A model generated the notes under the pieces. The model did no database searches, was not told the origin of the DNA, and saw nothing but the letters and a program-made list of their open reading frames with translations. From the NCBI GenBank assembly GCA_009694375.1, contig SHVB01000004.1:97296-161295 (forward strand): DNA of 64,000 nt, given 5' to 3'. This stretch comes from Acidimicrobiia bacterium (GTDB lineage Bacteria; Actinomycetota; Acidimicrobiia; Acidimicrobiales; VFJN01). The translations under genes were made by a program, and so were the position numbers. Of the stretch, positions 48,127-56,037 are shown piece by piece. Within the stretch, counting starts at the first letter, position 1, and each line of letters starts with the position of its first letter.

Positions 48127-48468
48127 GTGACAGTATCCTCCCCTACCCAACCTTGCCGCTGGTGCGGCCGGGCCTTCCCTAAAACCAGCGGCCCCGGGCG
48201 TCCTCGGCTGTTTTGTGCGCCGGCGTGTCGCCAACGGGATTACATCAGCCGGTTACGGGCGCAGGAAGCCGGATTGGCCGAATCCGAATTGGTGATCACG
48301 CGACGGGAATTGGAAGAACTGCGAGACAAGTTGTTTGTACTGGAGTGCGCGATAGAGGATGTTCGGCGAGACCTCGGCGACGGCGGCGAGGCGCTCGAGG
48401 CGCTCGAGTGGGTGATCGACGCGGCCCTGCCGCTGTTGGGGGTTCCCCTCGGAGAAGGCACAACTTGA
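48127..48468 (+). CDS. hypothetical zinc-ribbon plus coiled-coil protein
   Basis: GTG start. CRWCG...CAPACRQRDY Cys4 motif followed by a helical acidic segment. Confidence 0.5.
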   Translation: MTVSSPTQPCRWCGRAFPKTSGPGRPRLFCAPACRQRDYISRLRAQEAGLAESELVITRRELEELRDKLFVLECAIEDVRRDLGDGGEALEALEWVIDAALPLLGVPLGEGTT

Positions 48469-48608
48469 CGTAACGGTTATTATGGGCGTTTAGGGGAAGC
48501 GGGGGTAAGAACTGGTGATCGGCCCCGCACGGCCCCGCCGCCGGGGCTAACCCTCGCTCGCCAGGCGACGTAGACTGTGCCGGTCCCGTGCTTCCCGGAG
48601 GTAACCCT

Positions 48609-49373
48609 GTGATCCGTCCCGACCGGCCCCACGCCCTTCCCGAGTTTGCCTCCCCCGATGACGAACGCACCCACATCAAACAGCGGATGGCGGCGGCGTT
48701 CCGATTGTTTGATCGCTTCGGCTTCAACGAGGGGGTGGCCGGTCACCTCACCGCTCGCGACCCCGAGCGCACCGACTGCTTCTGGGTGAACCCCTTCGGG
48801 CTGTCCTTCGGCCTGGTGCGGGCCTCCGACCTGATCTTGGTGAACCATCAGGGTGAGGTAGTGGAGGGGGATTGGCCGGTGAACGTGGCCGCCTTTGCCA
48901 TTCATTCCCAGGTGCACGCCGCCCGACCCGATGTGCAGGCGGCCGCCCACACCCACAGCAAGGGCGGCCGGGCGTGGTCCACCCTCGGGCGCCTCCTCGA
49001 CCCCATCACCCAGGACTCCTGCACCTTCTTTGAGGCCCACGGCCTGTTCGACGACTACACCGGAGTGGTCATTGATGTGGAGGAGGGCAAGCGCATTGCG
49101 CATGCCCTCGGCGACCATAAGGCAGCCATTCTTCGCAATCATGGGATTCTCACGGTGGGACGCTCGGTGGATGAGGCAGCCTGGCTGTTCATCACGATGG
49201 AGCGGTCGTGTGAGGTGCAGTTGATGGCCGAGGCCGCCGGCGTGCCGGTGAAGATCGATCCCGAGTTGGCCCGCCACACGAGAGAACAGGTGGGCAGTCC
49301 GTTCGCCGGTTGGTTCAGTTTCCAGCCGCTCTACGACAAGATCGTGGCGGACCAGCCCGACCTTCTCGACTGA
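48609..49373 (+). CDS. class II aldolase/adducin-family protein
   Basis: GTG 48609 with GGAGG 7 nt upstream. Metal-binding His cluster HSQVH..AAAHTHS. Confidence 0.85.
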   Translation: MIRPDRPHALPEFASPDDERTHIKQRMAAAFRLFDRFGFNEGVAGHLTARDPERTDCFWVNPFGLSFGLVRASDLILVNHQGEVVEGDWPVNVAAFAIHSQVHAARPDVQAAAHTHSKGGRAWSTLGRLLDPITQDSCTFFEAHGLFDDYTGVVIDVEEGKRIAHALGDHKAAILRNHGILTVGRSVDEAAWLFITMERSCEVQLMAEAAGVPVKIDPELARHTREQVGSPFAGWFSFQPLYDKIVADQPDLLD

Positions 49374-49390
49374 GCCCGGCGGGTCTCGAC

Positions 49391-49816
49391 GTGTCTGTGA
49401 GCCCGATTGGATCCAAGCTTCGTGATCACCGAGCCGCGGTGGTGACGGAGTTGCTGGCGGCCCTCAACCAGCAGGACGTGGAGGCGGCCTTGGCCTGTTT
49501 TACCCATCCGCGCTACGAACTGGTGGGCAACCAGCGGGTGTTCGATGGGGCCGATCAGGTTCGGCGTTATCACGAGACCACCTTTGCCACCTTCCCCGAC
49601 CTGGCTTTCGAGATGATCGATAGCCACCACTCCGAGGGGTCGATGGTGGTCGAGATGTGGATGCGGGGATCCCACCTGGGCTCTCGGGCCCAGTTCCCTG
49701 CCACTGGCCGGCGCTTCCGTTGCCGGGTAGCTGCCGTGTTCCAGTTCCAGGAGGCGGATCTTATCGGCGCCCGCTACTACTACGACACGGGAACCATCGC
49801 CCGACAACTGGCCTGA
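49391..49816 (+). CDS. SnoaL-like/NTF2-fold (ester cyclase-like) protein
   Basis: GTG 49391, about 141 aa. The pattern LLAALNQQDVEAALACF..HSEGSMVVEMWMRGSH is typical of SnoaL-like folds. Confidence 0.6.
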   Translation: MSVSPIGSKLRDHRAAVVTELLAALNQQDVEAALACFTHPRYELVGNQRVFDGADQVRRYHETTFATFPDLAFEMIDSHHSEGSMVVEMWMRGSHLGSRAQFPATGRRFRCRVAAVFQFQEADLIGARYYYDTGTIARQLA

Positions 49817-49860
49817 TCCACCCCGCCGGAGCCCGGTTCGCGCTGCCCTAGGCTGGGCCC

Positions 49861-51015
49861 ATGGATTGGCCTCTTTCCTTCGGTGTGTTCCTGGCCCCGT
49901 TTCACCCGGTGGGGCAAAATCCCACCCTGGCCCTTGAGCGCGACCTCGACCTAGTGGTCCACCTCGATGCCCTGGGTTTTGATGAAGTCTGGATTGGCGA
50001 GCACCACTCGGCGGGCTACGAAATCATCGCCAGCCCGGAGGTGTTCATTGCGGCGGCCGCCCAACGCACCCAACACATTCGTCTCGGCACCGGTGTGAGC
50101 TCGCTCCCCTACCACCAGCCCCTGATGCTGGCCGACCGAATGGTGCTACTCGACCACCTCACCCGCGGTCGGGTGATGTTCGGGGTGGGGCCGGGTGCGT
50201 TGCCATCGGACGCATTCATGATGGGGATCGACGTGAGCCGACAGCGGGACATGATGGAAGAGGCCTTCGAGGTGATCCTGGCCCTCCTGGAGGGGGCGGC
50301 CCCGGTAACCCACGAAAGCAGTTGGTTCACGTTGCGTGATGCGCGCCTCCAGTTGCGGCCCTACTCGCAGCCCTGTTTCGAGATCGCTGTGGCGGCGCAG
50401 ATCTCGCCGTCGGGCCCCCGGTTGGCCGGCAAGCACGGCGTGTCGCTGCTGTCGCTCGGGGCCACCAATCAGGGCGGGTTTGATGTGCTGGGCTCTCATT
50501 GGAACGTGATGGAGGAGCGCAGCGCGGAGTTCGGTACGGTCGTTGATCGGCAAAAGTGGCGTCTCGTTGGTCCGATGCATATTGCCGACAGCAAAGAGCA
50601 GGCCTACCACGACGTGACGTTCGGACTCCCCCAGTGGGTGGATTATTTTCAGCGGGTCGCCGCTCTACCATTAGGCCCGGACACCACCGATGTGGAGGAG
50701 ATGGCGAATGCCATGAACGCCTCGGGGTTTGCGGTGATCGGCACGGTGGAGGATGCCAAAGCCCAGATCGCCCGACTGGTCGAGCAGTCGGGTGGCTTCG
50801 GCACCTTTCTCAACATGGCGCATGAGTGGGCCGACCGTGAGGCCACCTGGCACAGTTACGAATTGTTGGCCCGTTACGTCTTCCCAGAGTTCCAGGGGTC
50901 GGCTGTGTCAGCTGAGGCGAGCCGGGATTGGGCGGCGGAGCGTCGTCCCGAGTTCATGTCGGCGGCCACCGCCGCCGTGATGGAGGCGATTCAGTCGCAT
51001 CATGCTTCCGAGTGA
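49861..51015 (+). CDS. LLM-class flavin-dependent oxidoreductase/monooxygenase
   Basis: Luciferase-like N-terminus FGVFLAPFH..LDALGFDEVWIGEHHS. Confidence 0.85.
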   Translation: MDWPLSFGVFLAPFHPVGQNPTLALERDLDLVVHLDALGFDEVWIGEHHSAGYEIIASPEVFIAAAAQRTQHIRLGTGVSSLPYHQPLMLADRMVLLDHLTRGRVMFGVGPGALPSDAFMMGIDVSRQRDMMEEAFEVILALLEGAAPVTHESSWFTLRDARLQLRPYSQPCFEIAVAAQISPSGPRLAGKHGVSLLSLGATNQGGFDVLGSHWNVMEERSAEFGTVVDRQKWRLVGPMHIADSKEQAYHDVTFGLPQWVDYFQRVAALPLGPDTTDVEEMANAMNASGFAVIGTVEDAKAQIARLVEQSGGFGTFLNMAHEWADREATWHSYELLARYVFPEFQGSAVSAEASRDWAAERRPEFMSAATAAVMEAIQSHHASE

Positions 51016-51033
51016 CCGGTCGTCGAGGTGGGG

Positions 51034-52125
51034 CTAGGGCCGAGGGATGAAGGGCGTTGCTACCACCCGGGCGGGCATCTGGGCCCCGCGCCCGTCGATG
51101 ACGACCTCGGTACCGACCGCCAGATCCGGCGGAAGGAAGGCCAGGGCGATCCCGTGCCCAAGCATCGGGGAGAAGTTGCCGCTGGTCACCACCCCCACCG
51201 ATGCCTCGTCCACCAGCACGGACTGATCAGCTCTCGGTGGCCGCCGGCCCTCCACCGCTAGTCCTCTGAGGTGCCGGGCGACGCCGCGCTCTCGCTCGGC
51301 CAGCAGGGCGTCGCGTCCGCAGAAGCCACCCTCTTTATCCCAGGCCACCACCCAACCCAGGCCGGCCTGCAGGGTGGTGATGCCGGAGCCGAGTTCGTGA
51401 CCGTGGAGGGGAAGAGCCGCCTCGAGCCGCAGCGTGTCCCGTGCGCCCAACCCGGCCGGCACGACGCCGGCGGCCAGCAAGCCATCCCAGACGATGTGCG
51501 CTTCCGCCGCCGGCACGGCCAACTCGACGCCGTCTTCCCCGGTGTAGCCGGTGCCGGCCACGACGCAGGTGACCCCCGCCACCGGGGCCGTCCCCACGCG
51601 AAAGCGGCCGATGGCCGCCGCGTCGGGGGCAATGGTGGCCAGGCGGGACCGGGCCCCCGGGCCCTGCACGGCGATGATGGCGCGAGACGCGGTCACGTCG
51701 TCGCCGCCGATCGCGCCCACGACGTCATGGGTGTTGGACGCATTGGGCATCACGTCGAAGATGTCTTCGGCCGTCCACCACACGATGATGTCGTCGAGGA
51801 CTGAGGCATCGGCCTCGTTGAGGAGATGGGTGTATTGGGCGCGGCCGGGGGTGATCTTTGTGAGGTCGTTGGTAAACGCCGCCTGGAGGCGGGCGAAGGC
51901 ATCTCGGCCCTCGACTCGCACCGTGCCGAGATGACTCACGTCGAAGGCCACCGCGTCGGCGCGACAGGCCCGGTGTTCTGCGAGGGTGCCCTCGCCATAG
52001 GACAAGGGCATGTCCCACCCGCCGAAGGGCACCATCTTGGCCCCCAGAGCTCGATGCGCGGCATCGAGGGGAGAGGTTCGCGGATCCACCGATACGAACC
52101 TATCGGGCGATTGAGGTGACGCCAT
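51034..52125 (-). CDS. gcvT: aminomethyltransferase, glycine cleavage T protein
   Basis: GAKMVPFGGWDMPLSY and the overall GcvT pattern. ATG 52125 overlaps the upstream MerR gene. Alternative GTG at 52089. Confidence 0.9.
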   Translation of the reverse strand: MASPQSPDRFVSVDPRTSPLDAAHRALGAKMVPFGGWDMPLSYGEGTLAEHRACRADAVAFDVSHLGTVRVEGRDAFARLQAAFTNDLTKITPGRAQYTHLLNEADASVLDDIIVWWTAEDIFDVMPNASNTHDVVGAIGGDDVTASRAIIAVQGPGARSRLATIAPDAAAIGRFRVGTAPVAGVTCVVAGTGYTGEDGVELAVPAAEAHIVWDGLLAAGVVPAGLGARDTLRLEAALPLHGHELGSGITTLQAGLGWVVAWDKEGGFCGRDALLAERERGVARHLRGLAVEGRRPPRADQSVLVDEASVGVVTSGNFSPMLGHGIALAFLPPDLAVGTEVVIDGRGAQMPARVVATPFIPRP

Positions 52126-52570
52126 CCTCGGGGGCCGGGGGGTTGGTGAGGGGGCGCAGTTCCAAGATGGCGGCATCAACCTGCTCCACCACGCCGTCGA
52201 GGGCGAGAAGGTTGAGTACCCCCTGGCCCTGATACTTATTGACGACGTCAATCAGGTTCTCGCCGGGGCGCACGAGCACGACGCTGTCCCCCGCAATCAC
52301 CAATTGAGCGGCCGATAAGTCGTCGCCCAGGTCACGCAAATATTGAAAGGCGGAACGCACCCGATCGAGGCGCTGTCCGGCATCGATCAGGGTCTTGATC
52401 ATGCGCAACTCGATGAGGTCCTTGTAGGAGTATCGCCGCCGCGAACCACTCCCCTTGGCATCGGCGAGCGACGGCCGGATCAGGTCGGTGCGGGCCCAGT
52501 AATCGAGTTGGCGGTAGGTGATGCCAACAATGTCGGCGGTCTCTCGACCGCTAAATCCCTCTGTGCTCAT
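52100..52570 (-). CDS. MerR-family transcriptional regulator
   Basis: HTH ETADIVGITYRQLDYWARTDLIRPS..RRRYSYKDLIELRMIK. Confidence 0.88.
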   Translation of the reverse strand: MSTEGFSGRETADIVGITYRQLDYWARTDLIRPSLADAKGSGSRRRYSYKDLIELRMIKTLIDAGQRLDRVRSAFQYLRDLGDDLSAAQLVIAGDSVVLVRPGENLIDVVNKYQGQGVLNLLALDGVVEQVDAAILELRPLTNPPAPEDGVTSIAR

Positions 52571-52739
52571 GACAGGCGTCCCTCGCTGGTAGCGGGCCCT
52601 AATGGGTGGGTTCGGGCGGGTAACACCAGTGGAGTTACACTGATGTGGTTGTGCCCGAGCACACTACGAGTAGGGCGTCGAGTCGTCAACGGGCAATGCT
52701 GTCGCGCCTCACCCTCGCCTCCCCTGTGGCCCGCCTCCG

Positions 52740-53651
52740 CTAGGGGATGCGGTAGTGGTGGAGCGACTGGCCGGTCCCTTCACTGATGGTGGCGTAGCCG
52801 TTCCCGTCGGCATCGAACGCGATCGCTTCGCCCTGGACCTCAGGCGGGGTCGGGCCGTTGCAGGCGATGCCGGCCATGGCCTCGGTGACGCTTTGGCCGT
52901 CGGTTCGGGCGAAGATCCGGGTTCCGCCGTACACCCGCAGGGCGATCTCGCGGCCGCTCTGGGAAATCGAGGCCCCGGTCACGGCAGAGAGGGCACCGCT
53001 TCCGACGTTGATCTCCCCCGCTTTCTCCAGGGTGGTGAGGCTGCCAGCGGCGGGAATTCCAGACGTCCGGTATACGCCGATCACGCCCCCGCCGAGTTTC
53101 TTTTCAACGATGACGAGGTCGCCCGTGGTGGGGTCCACCAGGAGCGCCTCCGCGTTGTGGGCGCCATCGGGATATCGGAGTCGGAGAATTTCCACTCCCC
53201 CCAAGGCGATCGCAGGCCCCGGGGTGACGACGGGTTCCGGCACGCGGTACACCAAAATCTCGATCCTCGCCGACGAGTTGTCTCCGATGTCGGCGGCGTA
53301 GAGATAGGTGGTGTTAGCCAAGGGACCACGCCCAATGGCGAGGTCCTCCCAATCCACCGCCATCGCCCCGGTCAGCTGGTACTGCCGAGTGACCTCGCCT
53401 TGGTTGTTGAGAGCAAACAGCCGGGCGCTATCGCCCGAGTCGTTGTGCACCCACCATTGTGAGGGGTTGACGCGGCCGGCGACGATGCCGGAGATTTCCA
53501 CCAGGGCTGGGTCGGTGACGGGGCCAGTGGAACTAGCGACGAGGCCCGGCCTACTGCAGCGCAGGAAGACCTCGTGGGACGAGGGGCCGCAGCCGGTAAG
53601 CAGGAGTGCAGCCACCAACACGCTCCCAGTAAGAGACATCCGGCCGACCAT
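52740..53651 (-). CDS. secreted lipoprotein, beta-propeller-like, unknown function
   Basis: Signal peptide plus lipobox LLLTGCG. Repeated Gly/Asp-rich strand motifs (WWVHNDSGDS, DWEDLA, YAADIGDN). Confidence 0.65.
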   Translation of the reverse strand: MVGRMSLTGSVLVAALLLTGCGPSSHEVFLRCSRPGLVASSTGPVTDPALVEISGIVAGRVNPSQWWVHNDSGDSARLFALNNQGEVTRQYQLTGAMAVDWEDLAIGRGPLANTTYLYAADIGDNSSARIEILVYRVPEPVVTPGPAIALGGVEILRLRYPDGAHNAEALLVDPTTGDLVIVEKKLGGGVIGVYRTSGIPAAGSLTTLEKAGEINVGSGALSAVTGASISQSGREIALRVYGGTRIFARTDGQSVTEAMAGIACNGPTPPEVQGEAIAFDADGNGYATISEGTGQSLHHYRIP

Positions 53652-53715
53652 GGCGCCAGGGTACCTGTTGCGCCCACCTTCGCGCCGCAGCCTGGCTTAG
53701 GGGGCGTTCCTCCGG

Positions 53716-54198
53716 TTAGGAGTCGAAGTCTTCTGGCTTGACCTGTTCGATGAAGTTCTTGAATTCATCAACGATCCCTTCGGGCACAGCCCGTCCGACC
53801 TGCCGGCCGGCGGTGTTGAGGACGCTTTCCTCGGCAAAGACCGGGGCACCGAAACGCAGGGCGAGGGCGACGGCATCAGACGGACGGGCCGAGACTGATT
53901 GCACGTCTCCGGCATGGGCCAGGATGACCTCGGCAAGAAAGGTGCTGTCCCGGAGCTCGGTGACCACGACGCGCTCGATGCGCGCACCGAGTCGGTCGAG
54001 CAGGTCTTTCATGAGGTCATGGGTCATCGGGCGAGGGGTAGCCACTTCCTCGAGGGCGAAGGCAATGGCCGCCGCCTCCGGGCCCCCGATGAAGATTGGC
54101 AGAATCCGATGATCGCCGGTCGACTCACGCAGCAGAAGGCAGGGGATGTTCGGAGGCTTCTCCAGCTCGATGCCCACTAGTTCCATCTTGACTGCCAC
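53716..54198 (-). CDS. bifunctional nuclease family protein (DUF151)
   Basis: LLLRESTGDHRILPIFIGGPEAAAIA..TPRPMTHDL is the characteristic DUF151 core. Confidence 0.88.
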   Translation of the reverse strand: MAVKMELVGIELEKPPNIPCLLLRESTGDHRILPIFIGGPEAAAIAFALEEVATPRPMTHDLMKDLLDRLGARIERVVVTELRDSTFLAEVILAHAGDVQSVSARPSDAVALALRFGAPVFAEESVLNTAGRQVGRAVPEGIVDEFKNFIEQVKPEDFDS

Positions 54199-54247
54199 CC
54201 GGGCAGCCTATCCAAGTGAAACGTCGGGTGCGCTCCGAACGGCGAGA

Positions 54248-55135
54248 TTATCGAGGTTCGGTGTAATCCCGCAGGGCGATTCGCAAGAGAGCCGAGCGCA
54301 TCTGGTCTCCGAGGCCGGCCAGTTCCCCAAGGTTGGCTGCGGCCTGCTCCCGCGCCGTGGGGTTCCGCTGCTTGAGTAGTGGCATAAGGATTTGCTCCAT
54401 GAAACCCGCCTCCCGCTCGGCGGACACCTTGTACATCCGCAGATGGCGGGCCTCGATGCCAAAGCGCATGAAACCGGCGGCCGTATGGGCTACCACCAGC
54501 GCATCTCCGTCGTAGAAGGTTTCCCCAGCCACGGACCGTCCGGTCAGCAGGCCGAACCCCGCCAGGTTAGTGAGGTCATCCGGACTGAGGCCGGACGCCG
54601 CGGAGAGTTCCTCCCGCGTGAAACTTGCGCTGGTGGCGCCCCCGTCGAGTGGGTTGATCGAGGGGCGGGCGGGCAGTTCGGGCATGGCGGGCGCAGGGCG
54701 AGCGCGAGCGCGAGCGGGCTCGGGCTCGCGTCGACGGGAGGGCGGAGGCAGTTTGGGGGCGGGGTCGTGGCTCGCCACGGTGGCGGTCGGCGCGGGGGTG
54801 ACCTCCTCGAAAAGGGAAGGCGGGTCGCTGGGGATCACCGCCACTGGCTCATCGGGTGGTACTACCTGTCCGGCTGCGGTGGCTTCCTCGAGGCGGTCCT
54901 TCATCACCTTCAGGGGAAGGAAGTGGTCGCGCTGGTGGCGCAGGATCCAACGCAGGCGCTCGATGTCGCCATCGTAAAATTTCCGATAACCCGACGGGGT
55001 GCGTTCAGGATCAAGCAGACCCTGGCTCTCGAGAAAACGGATCTTGGAGATGGTGACGTCGGGGAAATCGTCCTGGAGCAGGTTGAGTACCTCGCCGATG
55101 GACAGGTGCGAACGTTCGGGCGCGGTGTGGGTCAT
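54248..55135 (-). CDS. MerR-family regulator (mycobacterial Rv1828/FtsR-like)
   Basis: N-terminal MerR HTH LSIGEVLNLL..ISKIRFLESQGLL..TPSGYRKFY, Pro-rich linker, second MerR-like C-terminal domain. Confidence 0.85.
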   Translation of the reverse strand: MTHTAPERSHLSIGEVLNLLQDDFPDVTISKIRFLESQGLLDPERTPSGYRKFYDGDIERLRWILRHQRDHFLPLKVMKDRLEEATAAGQVVPPDEPVAVIPSDPPSLFEEVTPAPTATVASHDPAPKLPPPSRRREPEPARARARPAPAMPELPARPSINPLDGGATSASFTREELSAASGLSPDDLTNLAGFGLLTGRSVAGETFYDGDALVVAHTAAGFMRFGIEARHLRMYKVSAEREAGFMEQILMPLLKQRNPTAREQAAANLGELAGLGDQMRSALLRIALRDYTEPR

Positions 55136-55608
55136 GGGAGGCCAACCAGGAAGAGCAATTTGAAGGTGCCGATTTGGATCTCATCCCCGTGGGTCAACGG
55201 AGCCAACTCAACCCGCTGGCGGTTGAGGTAGGTGCCGTTGAGCGACCCGGAATCAGCCACTTCGTACCCGTCGTCCACTCGACGCACTTCCGCGTGCCGA
55301 CGAGACACGGTGATGTCGTCGAGGAAGATCACGCTTTCGGGGTGGCGGCCGGCGGTGACGAGCGGTTCATCAAGGGCGAAGCGGGAACCCGAGTTAGGTC
55401 CCCGAGTGACCACTAGGAGCCCGAGGCCAGCGGGAATGTTGGCCAGTTCGACCTCCAACTCCTCAACTGATCCTTCTATCGGGACCAACACCGAGACGGT
55501 GGTGTCGTGCTCCTGGCCGGGGAGGGTGAGGCCCGCGCCGCAGGACGAACAGAACCTTCCGGTCAACGGGTTCGGGTGCCCGCAGTGGGGACAAGTCGTC
55601 TCGGCCAC
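55132..55608 (-). CDS. FHA-domain protein with N-terminal zinc ribbon (GarA/OdhI-like position)
   Basis: GTG 55608 lies 6 nt after the gcvH stop. CPHCG..CSSCG ribbon. FHA core GRHPESVIFLDDITVSRRHAEV..SLNGTYLN. Confidence 0.85.
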   Translation of the reverse strand: MAETTCPHCGHPNPLTGRFCSSCGAGLTLPGQEHDTTVSVLVPIEGSVEELEVELANIPAGLGLLVVTRGPNSGSRFALDEPLVTAGRHPESVIFLDDITVSRRHAEVRRVDDGYEVADSGSLNGTYLNRQRVELAPLTHGDEIQIGTFKLLFLVGLP

Positions 55609-55613
55609 GATGC

Positions 55614-55994
55614 CTAGCCCTCGACCAGGTCGCGATAGTCGGCGGCGCTGAGGAGGGAGTTGAGTTGCGAGGCATCGGTGAAGTCGATCACAAAGATCCA
55701 TCCTTCGCCGTAGGGGTCTTCGTTCAGCCGTTCCGGCGCGTCGCCCAGATCGGTATTGACCTCACTGATCGTTCCGGACAGTGGCGCATAGATGTCGGAG
55801 ACGGACTTGGTGGATTCGACCTCACTGATCGATGCTCCCCCGGTCACCGCGGTGCCCACATCGGGAAGGTCAACGAAGACCACATCGCCCAGAGCGTCCT
55901 GGGCGTAATCAGTGATACCCACCCTGGCTCGAGTGCCGTCGATGCGAATCCACTCGTGGTCGGGCGAATACTGGAGGTCGTCCGGGATGTGCAT
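55614..55994 (-). CDS. gcvH: glycine cleavage system H protein
   Basis: Lipoyl-lysine motif SEVESTKSVSDIYAP. 126 aa. Confidence 0.95.
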   Translation of the reverse strand: MHIPDDLQYSPDHEWIRIDGTRARVGITDYAQDALGDVVFVDLPDVGTAVTGGASISEVESTKSVSDIYAPLSGTISEVNTDLGDAPERLNEDPYGEGWIFVIDFTDASQLNSLLSAADYRDLVEG

Positions 55995-56037
55995 GCCCCC
56001 AGGCTATCGGAACCCTCGATGCCGTGTTGAGGGTTCG

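Noticed and set aside
53716-55135. Bifunctional nuclease plus MerR regulator as a candidate defence or toxin-antitoxin pair
   Set aside because: The gcvH-FHA-MerR-nuclease-MerR order is a conserved housekeeping arrangement in actinobacteria (Rv1826-Rv1830 in M. tuberculosis, from memory). No mobile-element context.
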